From Candidatus Ozemobacteraceae bacterium (GTDB lineage: Bacteria; Muiribacteriota; Ozemobacteria; Ozemobacterales; Ozemobacteraceae): 64,000 bases of DNA. The notes beneath the pieces were generated by a model that saw only the letters and a list, made by a program, of their open reading frames with translations, made no database searches and was not told the origin of the DNA. The position numbers and the translations under genes are program-made. Positions 1 to 10,808 of this stretch are shown in pieces. Positions within the stretch are counted from its first letter, which is position 1. Each line of letters begins with the position of its first letter. The stretch lies in the NCBI GenBank assembly GCA_965140445.1, contig OZ223236.1, forward strand, positions 224,001 to 288,000, written 5' to 3'.

Positions 1-2
1 AT

Positions 3-545
3 ACTCTGGAATTCCTTGTAAATTCAAACGAACCATCGGTATTAGAAGAAGGCAACTTTAACCGTCTCGTTGATATCGCAAAACTTCAACATTTAGACAT
101 TAAGGGGCAAACAACTCCATTTTTGACCGAAAGAGAAATGCATGTCTTGTCTATTAGACGAGGGTCATTGTCCGAATCAGAAAGAATAGAAATTGAATCT
201 CATGTAACTCACACATTCAATTTTCTTTCCAAAATTCCCTGGACTCAAGACTTAAAAAGAATTCCAGAAATAGCTTATGGACACCATGAAAAATTAAACG
301 GCCGCGGTTACCCTAATCATTTGCAAGCAGACTTTATATGCTTTGAATCGCAAATGATGGCCGTGTGCGATATCTTTGATGCTCTTACAGCACAGGATCG
401 TCCATACAAGCCCGCAGTTCCTCTAAAAAAAGCAATAGACATTCTATATTTTGATGTAAACAGCAACCACATCAACAAAGAACTTGTGGATCTTTTCGTC
501 AAAAAAGAAGTTTATCGAAGTATTGAGGGCAGAACCTTTAAGTAA
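3..545 (+). CDS. HD-GYP domain phosphodiesterase, C-terminal part (5' end lies outside the window)
   Basis: Frame is open from position 3. Motifs HHEKLNGRGYP, CDIFDALT and RPYK are HD-GYP signatures. Confidence 0.9.
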   Translation, partial: TLEFLVNSNEPSVLEEGNFNRLVDIAKLQHLDIKGQTTPFLTEREMHVLSIRRGSLSESERIEIESHVTHTFNFLSKIPWTQDLKRIPEIAYGHHEKLNGRGYPNHLQADFICFESQMMAVCDIFDALTAQDRPYKPAVPLKKAIDILYFDVNSNHINKELVDLFVKKEVYRSIEGRTFK

Positions 546-1472
546 ATGACAAAGGTTCTCATTATTTCAGACATAGAAGGCTCCACTGGCTGCCAAAGTC
601 TTGCTGCAAGTAAATTATTTACGAAAGAGTGGGCAACAGCCTGCTATCATTTAACTCAGGACATAAATTCTGTTTGCAAGAGCCTCTGGAAGGCTGGGGC
701 CACTGAAATAACTGTAAAAGATTTTCATCGAACCGGTTACAATATTTTTCCGGAACTTCTGGACCCTAAAATCAGACTTGTACAGGGGTATTTTTCAGGG
801 CCGGTTCTTGGAATCGGCGAAACTTATGGAGCCCAAAAGCTTATAATGCTTGGAATGCATTCAAGCTCAGGTTCTGACGGCTTTATTCCACACACCCTTA
901 CTTCAAAATTCTCTTCAATTAAAGTAAATGGAAAAAATCTAACAGAAGCAGAGCTATTTGCTTCTTCTGTTTTTGAAACTAATATATCTCCGGTTTTTTT
1001 CTCTGGTTGCAAGATTGCATGTCAGGAAGCAATTACCAGAATTCCAGAAATTAAAACTTTCGAAATTAGTAAGCCTGTTCAACGAATTAATCAAGTCAGG
1101 ATCGAGTTAGCTGAGTCGGCAGCTGAAGCCTTTTTAAACTCTAATTCAAAACCTTTTACTATTTCTGGACCACTTTCTGTAGAAATTGAGATTAGAGATG
1201 GAACCAAAGTTGCCAGAAAACTTAGAGAGCGGTGGAATCTTAAAGGAAGCAACAACCAGATTACCTTTGAAGCCAAAACAGCCGACGAGCTTTATCGCAC
1301 TCTTACATCAATAGCCTATATGCGGCCATGGTTTATGGGTTTTCAAGATTCTGCTTTAAGAATTTTTAATCTCTGGGGCAGAGCAACTTTGCAGTTTGCA
1401 CGAAAGTTTGCAGAAAAAAAAACCGCTGCTTTAATCAAATTGATTCAAACAGCGGCTTTTTTTAAAACTTAA
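546..1472 (+). CDS. M55 family (DppA-like) D-aminopeptidase
   Basis: N-terminal SDIEG, DFH, GMHS and HT motifs match the DppA metal-ligand pattern. Starts immediately after the HD-GYP stop. Confidence 0.75.
   Translation: MTKVLIISDIEGSTGCQSLAASKLFTKEWATACYHLTQDINSVCKSLWKAGATEITVKDFHRTGYNIFPELLDPKIRLVQGYFSGPVLGIGETYGAQKLIMLGMHSSSGSDGFIPHTLTSKFSSIKVNGKNLTEAELFASSVFETNISPVFFSGCKIACQEAITRIPEIKTFEISKPVQRINQVRIELAESAAEAFLNSNSKPFTISGPLSVEIEIRDGTKVARKLRERWNLKGSNNQITFEAKTADELYRTLTSIAYMRPWFMGFQDSALRIFNLWGRATLQFARKFAEKKTAALIKLIQTAAFFKT
1414..1463. terminator. Bidirectional-type hairpin inside the 3' end of the M55 gene; probable terminator of the minus-strand operon
   Basis: A9-CCGCTG...CAGCGG-C-T7, just past the stop of 1469..2065(-). 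Confidence 0.55.
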
Positions 1473-2065
1473 CCTTCATGGAAAATAAAATCTATGCAGA
1501 GCGCGGCCGCCAAAGAGATCAATGTCATTGATGAATCTCCCTGCATTTCAATATCATAATCATCTGCTGTTGTAAAAAGCTCTTTTGCCAGGCTTGAAAC
1601 AACATGCTGAATTTTGCTGATGAGATTTCCGTTATTATCTCTGAACTCAAATCTTCTGTTCCTTAACCCGGCATTAATTTGCCCAAGTTGGTTCCCATGC
1701 TCATCGCTTACCGTAATCTTTGAGTGTAATAAACTAAAGTTTTGCTCAAAAATACATAAGACTTTTCCGTCAGCATTTCTAACCCAAAACTTGTTTTTTA
1801 AAATTGAGGTCATTAAAGAAGCCGGTCTCTCAACTTCCAGAATTTTTTCTCCACCTGGCAGACATAGCTCTATATTTAAAGGCAAAAAGCCTTTATCCAG
1901 AAAAAGCTTTGCAAACTTGACCCCGACAGATGCCACCTCCTGGGCTGAAGCAAGAACCTGTCCATTTTCACAATCTTTTATTTGATAAGATTCACTTAAG
2001 CTGGTTGCACCCACAGCTTCATGAATTCTAAGTTTTTTCTTATAAATCAGATTATTCAATTTCAA
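1469..2065 (-). CDS. Scramblase/LURP-one (Tubby C-like) family protein
   Basis: Repeated beta-hairpin pattern, ELFTTADDY motif and a C-terminal hydrophobic helix ending CIDFIFHE. Confidence 0.75.
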   Translation of the reverse strand: MKLNNLIYKKKLRIHEAVGATSLSESYQIKDCENGQVLASAQEVASVGVKFAKLFLDKGFLPLNIELCLPGGEKILEVERPASLMTSILKNKFWVRNADGKVLCIFEQNFSLLHSKITVSDEHGNQLGQINAGLRNRRFEFRDNNGNLISKIQHVVSSLAKELFTTADDYDIEMQGDSSMTLISLAAALCIDFIFHEG

Positions 2066-2070
2066 ACCCC

Positions 2071-2919
2071 TTACCAGACCCTAATGCTTTGTTCAGGAGT
2101 CCATTCGGTTGGATCAAAACCATTTTTGGCAGCCAAATCAAGCAAGTTTCCAAACAAATCCGCACTTATTGCCTTTCTAAAGGACTCTGGAGTAACTCCA
2201 GCTGCAATATTTAAATGGCATTTCTCAAAATATGTTTTAAAGGTTTCCCGGCTTTTCCTTGAAGCGACTTTCCAACCAGCGCGCAACATAAACCAGGTAT
2301 TTTGAAATTCATCAAGCGTTTGTCTTTCATCTTCAGAAAGCTGCTTAAATATTTTTTCTATCATTTCTTGAGTATTCACTCTTTGTCTTATTGTCATCTT
2401 TATTGGATCTTCTGGTGAAGCCACAAAGCCAAGATATTCAACAATCGCTTCGAACGACTGACTGGTTAATCCTTCTTTTTCCTGTCCCTTTTCAATTTCA
2501 AATTCGAAAAGCATTCTTCCAGCTTCTTTATAAAGCTTTAAATAAAGCTGAGCAGCCGGATCATGAGGAAGACTAAGAGCGCTTTCCTGAAAATCCTGTT
2601 CAAGCACTCGTTTGACCACTTCTCTTTGTCTATCATCCATAGCTGCCATCGAATCTACAAGTTCACATGCCTGAAGGAAGCTTTCCCTTTCTTCTTTTGA
2701 CATAGAAACACATTCGCTTTTTATTGACCTGAAAAAGGAATTTTTCTGCCCAACAGTCAGTCTGGTATTTAAAACGAATTCCATAAGCTTAATGTGACAA
2801 TCCACAGCGCGTTGAGTAATTGCCGGATCGCCCTTAACCACTACAACTTCAGCCTGTATGGATGAAGAAAAGAAAATTGCAAATACTAATAAAACAATAA
2901 AGAAACCAAACCTTCTCAT
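2071..2919 (-). CDS. Exported helical hypothetical protein
   Basis: ATG at 2919 has a GGAG RBS and is followed by a signal peptide (MRRFGFFIVLLVFAIFFSSSIQA). Confidence 0.75.
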   Translation of the reverse strand: MRRFGFFIVLLVFAIFFSSSIQAEVVVVKGDPAITQRAVDCHIKLMEFVLNTRLTVGQKNSFFRSIKSECVSMSKEERESFLQACELVDSMAAMDDRQREVVKRVLEQDFQESALSLPHDPAAQLYLKLYKEAGRMLFEFEIEKGQEKEGLTSQSFEAIVEYLGFVASPEDPIKMTIRQRVNTQEMIEKIFKQLSEDERQTLDEFQNTWFMLRAGWKVASRKSRETFKTYFEKCHLNIAAGVTPESFRKAISADLFGNLLDLAAKNGFDPTEWTPEQSIRVW

Positions 2920-3101
2920 AAACACTCCCAAATAGTTGGACTTAAAGGGATGATATCCAATTTTACAATTGTAGGTCAACCAACTAGATTTAAGAGTTGA
3001 AGTCTGTTTAATTTTAGGGCAGGTTGTGGTACATTTCTGCTATAAACAATAAAATGACTTTTTTTACAGTAAAAATTCACCAAAAATCTGAGGGTTAATT
3101 A

Positions 3102-5984
3102 ATGGCCGAATCAAAATTTTTCAAAGGCGATTGCCAGATTCAAAGGGAAGTTGAAGATCTTGTAACTGATTTAAGATCAACGCTTATCACCAAAAGATTA
3201 AAGGCAGTTAAAGGCCTTGGCAAACTAAAGACACCGCTTGCAGTAGAGCCTCTTTCACAAATTCTTCAGGATAGATCAAAAGAAGTTCGCTGTGCTGCAG
3301 TAGAAGCTTTGTCTTTAATTAACCCCGCAAATTTAACAGAGATGCTTGTCCCGCTTTCAAGAGACAGATCAGCAGACGTCAGACTAAGAGTCGCTCATGC
3401 CCTGAGCAGCAAAGATGACCAGGAATCAACCGAATGCTTAATGAATCTCATGCGAGATCCAAAAGATCCTGTAGCCAATATGGCAGCCAAAAGTCTGGCA
3501 AAGTCTCCTAAAGCAAGTCTTGCTCTTTTAATTAGACAGTTTGGTGACAAATCATGGAAAATTCGCTCCCGCTCTGCAATGGCTGTGAAGCGCATGGGAA
3601 AAGGTGCCGTTGATGCTTTAAAATCTGCCATAGAAGACCCGGATTCAAATGTAAGATTCTGGGCAGCTAGCTGCTTAGGGCATCTTCGTGATAGAACCCA
3701 TACCAGTTTTTTACTTGAAAAGCTAAACGATAGAGATCTTGGAGTCAGAATAGCAGCTTTACGCGCATTACGCGAGATTGGCGACCCCAACGTTGCCAGC
3801 AAGCTTTTTGAAGCATTATCTCAACCTTCAGAACAAATAAGAGATCTTATTTATGAAATTTTAAAAGATTTCGGAACATATTCTATCCCGTATTTGATGG
3901 ATTCATTGTCCAGCGAATATTGGATGGGCAGGGCTCTGGCAGCCCAAGCTCTCACAGACATGGGCTCAGAAGCAGTCTTTCCTTTGGTATCTGCCCTAGA
4001 AAGCCAAGACAAAGAAAGACGCTATTGGGCAATTAAAATTCTGGGAAAAATGAAGGAAAGAAGTGCTTTTCCTGAAATAAAAAAATTCCTTTCTGATTCA
4101 GATCCAGAGATCAGAATGGCAGCACTGGAAGCAATGAGTCACTACAAACTGGTCGACTCAATTCCCCACATAATTGAAAGATTCCTTGATCCAGCATGGG
4201 TCGTAAGAAAGCACGCATGCAAATCAATTGCCTCCTTTGGCGGAAAAGCCGTTCCAACTCTGCTTAAAGCACTTCAATCTGTGGAAGAAGATGTAAGATA
4301 CTGGTCTTTGAGAACCATTGGAGAAATAAAACCAAACGGGATCTACACCCAGCTCGTAACTCTCTTTAAAGATAGATCCTGGACCATAAGAAAAACGACT
4401 TCAGACGTTCTGGGGACCTATGGTGAAGAAGCATTAATGGAATTAACCGGCCTTGCAACCGAGACTACAGACTCAGAAGTCAGATACTGGGTTCTACGCT
4501 CACTCGGAAAAATAGGTTCATCCATTTCGCTCCCACTGCTATTTAAAGCCCTTGAAGATTCTTCAGAAGCAATTCGAGATGCAGCCCAAAAGGCTTTAGC
4601 AAATTATGGAACAAGTATAGTTGAAGACCTTTTTTCACTTTTCAAAAGCGAACAAAGAAGGCTTTTAGAAAGTGTATCAAACACTTTTCAACGAATGGAC
4701 CCAGATGCAGTCGTTCCAATGCTCTGCAGAGCTTTGGGCAAATATGACGAACACGTAAGCTACTGGATTAGAAAAACCTTGTCAGGATTTAAGGAAGCAG
4801 CAAAACCTCAAGTTATTCAGCTTCTAAATAGCAAATCAGATGAAGTCAGAAAACAAGCAATTTTGTGCATGGGACTAATCGGATCAAATCATGAAAGCCC
4901 AATCGTTCTTTCCCATCTCAAGGATGAGTATTGGCCCGCAAGAATTGCTGCCGCAGAAACCATTGGACTTATTGGTGACTCAACAGCGGTAAACCACCTC
5001 CTTGAAGCCCTTGAAGACGAAGATGAAGATCTTGCACTGGCCGCAATTTCATCTATTGGCAAAATTGGCGATGATCAGGCTGTTCCAGGGCTGATATCAA
5101 CTTTGCAACGAGAATCATGGACGCTAAGATTCCAGGCGATAAAAATCCTGGGAGAAATGAGAGTTACCAGAGCCTTTATTGACTTACTTAAACTATTAGA
5201 CGAAGACACTTTGGACCTAAAGGTTCATATTATTAAAGCTATTTCAAGAACCAATCATCAAAAGTGCTATCAGGAGCTCAAAAAAAGATTTGATTCAGAA
5301 ACAGAATTAGACGCAAGACTAGCCTATATAGAAGCTCTCTCTGAAATTGGAAACCCGGAAATTATTCCAGTTCTGGTCAAGCTATCTGGTGAAGACAATT
5401 TATGGGAAGAGCGAAGAGCTGCCATCAAAGCTCTCGGAGTTTTAAAAGCCGATGCCGCCCGAAAGTTCCTGTTAGGCTTATTGAAAGCCAAAGACCCGAT
5501 AATAAGCCGCGAAGCCCTTTCAGCCCTCGGAAATATACTTACTCCAGAAGAATTTAAAAAGACAGAAAAGGCTTTAGATACAGCAAGAAAGCGACAGGAA
5601 ACCTTCCAGAAAGCTTTCAGAGAAGGCATGAAGCAAATGCGCGGTGGTGCAATGCGAGAGGCCGAAAAACTGTTAAAAGAAGCAATTAAAATCAATCCAA
5701 AAGCAGCTTACGTATATTCAGCCCTTGGAAATCTTTATTATAAAACCGGAAAACTTATCGACGCCACTAAAGCATATGTTATGGCAACTAATATCAGCCC
5801 GGAAGACATTACACTCAAGCTGAATCTCGGGATGGTTTATTACAGAAGACAAGCCTTTAAAGAAGCTTTGCAGGTTTTCCATCGCGTAGCAAAAACAGCT
5901 GGAGGCAAAAGTCAGCAAGGCGCATATGCAACCAAAATGTTCAATAAAATCAAGTTGGAAGCAAGCCAGAAAATAAAGGCCTGA
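3102..5984 (+). CDS. Large HEAT/PBS-lyase repeat protein with C-terminal TPRs
   Basis: 960 aa. About 31-aa periodic L.D....VR..A..ALG repeats, then TPRs (AYVYSALGNLYY, LNLGMVYY). GAGG RBS. Confidence 0.9.
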   Translation: MAESKFFKGDCQIQREVEDLVTDLRSTLITKRLKAVKGLGKLKTPLAVEPLSQILQDRSKEVRCAAVEALSLINPANLTEMLVPLSRDRSADVRLRVAHALSSKDDQESTECLMNLMRDPKDPVANMAAKSLAKSPKASLALLIRQFGDKSWKIRSRSAMAVKRMGKGAVDALKSAIEDPDSNVRFWAASCLGHLRDRTHTSFLLEKLNDRDLGVRIAALRALREIGDPNVASKLFEALSQPSEQIRDLIYEILKDFGTYSIPYLMDSLSSEYWMGRALAAQALTDMGSEAVFPLVSALESQDKERRYWAIKILGKMKERSAFPEIKKFLSDSDPEIRMAALEAMSHYKLVDSIPHIIERFLDPAWVVRKHACKSIASFGGKAVPTLLKALQSVEEDVRYWSLRTIGEIKPNGIYTQLVTLFKDRSWTIRKTTSDVLGTYGEEALMELTGLATETTDSEVRYWVLRSLGKIGSSISLPLLFKALEDSSEAIRDAAQKALANYGTSIVEDLFSLFKSEQRRLLESVSNTFQRMDPDAVVPMLCRALGKYDEHVSYWIRKTLSGFKEAAKPQVIQLLNSKSDEVRKQAILCMGLIGSNHESPIVLSHLKDEYWPARIAAAETIGLIGDSTAVNHLLEALEDEDEDLALAAISSIGKIGDDQAVPGLISTLQRESWTLRFQAIKILGEMRVTRAFIDLLKLLDEDTLDLKVHIIKAISRTNHQKCYQELKKRFDSETELDARLAYIEALSEIGNPEIIPVLVKLSGEDNLWEERRAAIKALGVLKADAARKFLLGLLKAKDPIISREALSALGNILTPEEFKKTEKALDTARKRQETFQKAFREGMKQMRGGAMREAEKLLKEAIKINPKAAYVYSALGNLYYKTGKLIDATKAYVMATNISPEDITLKLNLGMVYYRRQAFKEALQVFHRVAKTAGGKSQQGAYATKMFNKIKLEASQKIKA

Positions 5985-5985
5985 T

Positions 5986-6825
5986 ATGCGCTATTTTTGT
6001 TTGATTATTCTGTTTGGAATACTCTTGGGAATAAGTATTCCAGCTCTGGCAATAAAATACTGTGACTACTGCAACTACAGACTCTCTTCTGATGCAATAA
6101 TATGCCCGAAGTGTCTGAGAAATATTGCATGGGCACTAGCTCCAGCAAGATCAGAGCAAGCAACTGTAATTGTAAGATCTGGAAAAGATGCTTTTATCAG
6201 GCATCCATTTGCACAAAATAGAAATTGGCACGCGGATCGAAATGCCGGCAAAGATCCTTATGGTGCCATTGGCTCATGGGGCTATCCAACATCTCTGCGC
6301 TATCTTATAGCCTTTGATGTTCCCAATGCTTTTTTAATGGCAGGGGTTGATATAAACAACTTCCAGCCCGACAAGGTAACTCTCTTAATTAGAGTTAAAG
6401 CTAATCAGCCCACGCAAAGAATTCCTATAATTGTTTACCCACTCAAAGCTCCATTCATGGAAGGAACATGCCAGCTTGGTCTTCGTTTTTCTCCTGCATC
6501 AGGTGTAACCTGGTTCAATAGGACCCAAAGCATGCCATGGGCAAGCGAAGGTGGAGACTACAACCCATCCGTCAGCGCAGAAGCTTATCTAGAAAGCAGC
6601 AAAATAAAAAATTTAGAACAAACAATTAAAATTGACGTAACCGACATCTATTTAAAAAGGTTTCAGGATTTTAAAAATTCTGGAATATGGGACGATCCAG
6701 GAATGATCATCATGAGAAATCCAGGAATTGCCGGCAATTTTAGATTTCTGGACATTCTCTCTTTTGAATCAGGTAAAAACAAAAACGTCTCTCGAGTTGT
6801 AAGCCCAGAATTGTATTTTCAATAA
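5986..6825 (+). CDS. Exported protein with N-terminal zinc ribbon and DNRLRE-like beta-sandwich domain
   Basis: Signal peptide; CDYC...CPKC; motifs DAFI, RYLIAFD, GVTWFNR, PW..EGGDY and IDVT. Confidence 0.6.
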   Translation: MRYFCLIILFGILLGISIPALAIKYCDYCNYRLSSDAIICPKCLRNIAWALAPARSEQATVIVRSGKDAFIRHPFAQNRNWHADRNAGKDPYGAIGSWGYPTSLRYLIAFDVPNAFLMAGVDINNFQPDKVTLLIRVKANQPTQRIPIIVYPLKAPFMEGTCQLGLRFSPASGVTWFNRTQSMPWASEGGDYNPSVSAEAYLESSKIKNLEQTIKIDVTDIYLKRFQDFKNSGIWDDPGMIIMRNPGIAGNFRFLDILSFESGKNKNVSRVVSPELYFQ

Positions 6826-6826
6826 T

Positions 6827-6859
6827 TGCAACGTGTCACAACGTTTTAGCGACGTTGCA
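6827..6859. promoter_or_regulatory. Inverted repeat; candidate activator (UAS) site
   Basis: TGCAACGT-N17-ACGTTGCA, 60-95 bp upstream of the sigma54 -24 box. Confidence 0.4.
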
Positions 6860-6919
6860 TTTTCCTGATCGAAAAAAGCCAACCCCCCAGAAACCCTTTG
6901 TTTAAGCACTTTTTAAAAG

Positions 6920-6936
6920 TTGGCACAAGCCTTGCA
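6920..6936 (+). promoter_or_regulatory. Sigma54 (-24/-12) promoter of the hsp20 pair
   Basis: TTGGCACAAGCCTTGCA matches TGGCAC-N5-TTGCA exactly and lies 44 bp before the ATG. Confidence 0.8.
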
Positions 6937-6980
6937 AATATTATTTGTAGTTTTGAATTTTTCAATTCAGGAGGAAAAAA

Positions 6981-7424
6981 ATGTCTATCTGGAATTTATT
7001 AAAAGAAATGGAACAATTACAGAATCAAATGGGTGATCTGGCCAAAACAAACTTTAAGCAATGGCCAAAACTGGCTTTCCTTCCAGGTGTGTCTGCCCGG
7101 CATTTCCCACTTCTGAACCTATCTTCAGACGACCAGAATATCTACGTTGAAGCATTGGCACCAGGAGTAAATACTGAAACTCTGAAAGTAACCGCCTTAA
7201 AAGACATGCTTACAATCAGCGGAGAAAAAACTCCTCTGGAAGTTGAAGAAGACAAATTCCACCGCTCCGAGCGTGCGGCAGGAAAATTCTCCAGAACAAT
7301 AGAAATGCCAGTGCCAACAAACCCTGATGCGGTAGAAGCTGAATATAAAAACGGGATCATAAAAATTACCATCCCTAAAGCTGAAGAAGCCAAGCCAAAA
7401 CAGATCAATATCAAATTGGACTAA
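6981..7424 (+). CDS. Hsp20/alpha-crystallin small heat-shock protein
   Basis: Motifs APGV, ISGEK, ER..GKFSR and AEYKNGIIKITIPK. AGGAGG RBS. Confidence 0.95.
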   Translation: MSIWNLLKEMEQLQNQMGDLAKTNFKQWPKLAFLPGVSARHFPLLNLSSDDQNIYVEALAPGVNTETLKVTALKDMLTISGEKTPLEVEEDKFHRSERAAGKFSRTIEMPVPTNPDAVEAEYKNGIIKITIPKAEEAKPKQINIKLD

Positions 7425-7453
7425 TTTAGCAATCAAACAAAGGAGAAATAAAA

Positions 7454-7852
7454 ATGGCTGAAAAAACCATTCCAACAACCAATAATGAAGAAAATCTCGT
7501 AAAAAGGGAGATCACCAGAAATCCTAGCGCCTATGTGACACCTCTCACAGACATATTTGAAACAGAAGATAGCCTTAATGTTGTTGTAGATTTACCAGGC
7601 GTAGAAAAAGATGGTCTTAAGATCAGTGTTGAAAAAGGCATTCTAACCATAGAAGGTAAAGTAAAAGCGGACGAAACAAAGAGCTATCTATTTAGAGAAT
7701 ATGAGACTTCAAACTTCTTCCGACAATTCGAATTAACTGACACGATTGACCAGGAAAAAATTGACGCAGAATTAAAAAACGGTATTTTGAAACTAAATCT
7801 TCCTAAAGCAGAAGAACAAAAACCAAGAAACATCGAAGTAAAGTTTAACTAA
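7454..7852 (+). CDS. Hsp20/alpha-crystallin small heat-shock protein
   Basis: Motifs P.TDIFE, DLPGV, FFRQF and AELKNGILKLNLPK. Confidence 0.95.
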   Translation: MAEKTIPTTNNEENLVKREITRNPSAYVTPLTDIFETEDSLNVVVDLPGVEKDGLKISVEKGILTIEGKVKADETKSYLFREYETSNFFRQFELTDTIDQEKIDAELKNGILKLNLPKAEEQKPRNIEVKFN

Positions 7853-7872
7853 CTTTTCCTGATTAAACTTGG

Positions 7873-7911
7873 AAAACCCCTTTCTGATAGTCTTTTCAGA
7901 AAGGGGTTTTT
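7873..7911 (+). terminator. Intrinsic terminator after the hsp20 pair
   Basis: AAAACCCCTTTCTGA...TCAGAAAGGGGTTTT stem followed by a T tail. Confidence 0.85.
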
Positions 7912-7995
7912 GTTAAAAAAATATTTCCTTGACATAGCCATGTATTTTAAACAAATTATCTTCTCGTAAAACCAGTTCTTTTTGTGGAGGAATTT

Positions 7996-8658
7996 ATGCG
8001 ACTTTCAATTTCCAGACTGCTTAAAACAGCAGCAGCATTTGCAATTATGGGTGTAGCAATTACAACAAGCCCAGTCATGGCCGAACTTGATGGCTCCATG
8101 AGAGACCAAATGGAATTCCTCGACTTCTCAGAACATATGATAAGAGAAGGGCTTTACCCAAAAACAGGTCATGATGTTTTTGATCGGGACAAAAAAGGCT
8201 TTGTTAGAGGCATTAGGCCGCATAATGCTCCAATGATATATGAGCCAGACGTATACACCTGGGAACTTGCAATGGCAGAACACAATAAAAAGCTTGCCCT
8301 CGCAAAACCGATGGCTGTAGCAATCCCAGTCTCTCCAATGGTTACACCTTCTCCAATGACTCCACCTCACCTTCTTCCGGCGGCTCCTGCACCAGTCCAG
8401 TTAACTCCAATTGGACCACAGGCAGTCATGGAAAACCAGGAAATGCTACCACCAAACGCTAACGAAAGAATGGCAAGGATGGCATATAGAGCAAGAGCCA
8501 GAGGACTTTACCCCGGAAGAGATCTCAGAGCTGAAAAAATTAAGCAAAAGCTTGTGGATCACATGAATTCATTAGGGCAAAATTCAGGCTATATACCAGC
8601 TCTTATGCCCGCATTGCCAAAAGGAAAAGCTGGTGATTCTTACGATAGTGAATTCTAA
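7996..8658 (+). CDS. Exported Pro-rich hypothetical protein
   Basis: GGAGG RBS before ATG 7996, signal peptide ending ..PVMA, Pro-rich centre. Confidence 0.7.
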   Translation: MRLSISRLLKTAAAFAIMGVAITTSPVMAELDGSMRDQMEFLDFSEHMIREGLYPKTGHDVFDRDKKGFVRGIRPHNAPMIYEPDVYTWELAMAEHNKKLALAKPMAVAIPVSPMVTPSPMTPPHLLPAAPAPVQLTPIGPQAVMENQEMLPPNANERMARMAYRARARGLYPGRDLRAEKIKQKLVDHMNSLGQNSGYIPALMPALPKGKAGDSYDSEF

Positions 8659-8669
8659 TAAAAACTAGT

Positions 8670-8709
8670 AAGAAAAGAGATGTCACCATACGGAGACATC
8701 TCTTTTCTT
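8670..8709 (+). terminator. Intrinsic terminator
   Basis: 15-bp perfect stem AAGAAAAGAGATGTC/GACATCTCTTTTCTT. Confidence 0.75.
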
Positions 8710-8734
8710 TTATCATTTATAGTCGCGATTAAAT

Positions 8735-8768
8735 AAAAAAGACCGAGCAAACCTTGCTCGGTCTTTTT
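8735..8768 (-). terminator. Intrinsic terminator after eno
   Basis: A6-GACCGAGCAA-acc-TTGCTCGGTC-T5. Confidence 0.8.
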
Positions 8769-8783
8769 ACATTAGCAGATAAA

Positions 8784-10097
<1,314 letters not shown>

Positions 10098-10261
10098 TTA
10101 GTTATGTTTTTCACATTTCCTATGGGGCGTAGTTTATCACATTTTTAGAAGCTTAAAAAGGCAAATTTAATTGTCTTTTTGTCGGTAGTTAAAAATCCCC
10201 GAAAACAGTTAATTTGAGCAACAAACTAAGTCCTGTGAAAACTTCAAAAGGATCTAAAATG

Positions 10262-10291
10262 AAAAAAGCCCGGAAAATCCGGGCTTTTTTT
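10262..10291 (-). terminator. Intrinsic terminator after secG
   Basis: A6-GCCCGGA-aaa-TCCGGGC-T7. Confidence 0.8.
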
Positions 10292-10300
10292 CTCAATAAC

Positions 10301-10696
10301 CTAGTTGTTAGCAGGATCTGTTGTCGCTGCCGGTGCCGGTGTTGGCACTGCTGTTGCTGGAACAGGAATAGACACAGGAGCTGCAGTCTCTGCAACTGGC
10401 GTTGTGATAGGCGCCGCTGGAGAGGAAGACAGTTCTATGTTTGGAGTATCAGAAGATACTTCCCAGTTTGGCAGGTAAACAGATATGAGGAGAGAAGTAA
10501 TCATGAACACAACTGCCATTGTAGTGGTAATCTTTGACATAAATGTTCCGGCGCCTCTTTCTCCGAATACAGTAGAAGAAGCTCCTCCACCAAAAGCACC
10601 TGCAAGACCTTCGCCTTTGTCAGCCTGCAATAGAACGATAACGATTAAACCAATACATACGATAAAATGAATAATTTTAATAAGAATGGCGAGCAT
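10301..10696 (-). CDS. secG: Preprotein translocase subunit SecG
   Basis: Two TM helices, VLLQ..KGEGLAGAFGGG..STVFG, Pro/Ala-rich tail. Confidence 0.95.
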   Translation of the reverse strand: MLAILIKIIHFIVCIGLIVIVLLQADKGEGLAGAFGGGASSTVFGERGAGTFMSKITTTMAVVFMITSLLISVYLPNWEVSSDTPNIELSSSPAAPITTPVAETAAPVSIPVPATAVPTPAPAATTDPANN

Positions 10697-10742
10697 GCCC
10701 TTCAGACTCCTTTGTTAACGGTACATTAATCTCGGGTTTTTG

Positions 10743-10771
10743 AGTCTATCAATACCCCGTGAAAAAGTCAA
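10743..10771 (-). promoter_or_regulatory. Sigma70-type promoter of secG
   Basis: TTGACT-N17-TAGACT on the minus strand. Confidence 0.6.
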
Positions 10772-10808
10772 TTTTTAATTATCATGTAATTTAATTTATA
10801 TTGAATTT

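Noticed and set aside
6901..6930. TAAGCACT resembling a CIRCE half-site before hsp20
   Set aside because: There is no matching GAGTGCTAA arm at 9-nt spacing.
7929..7960. TTGACA upstream of the 7996 gene
   Set aside because: No convincing -10 box at 16-18 bp spacing.
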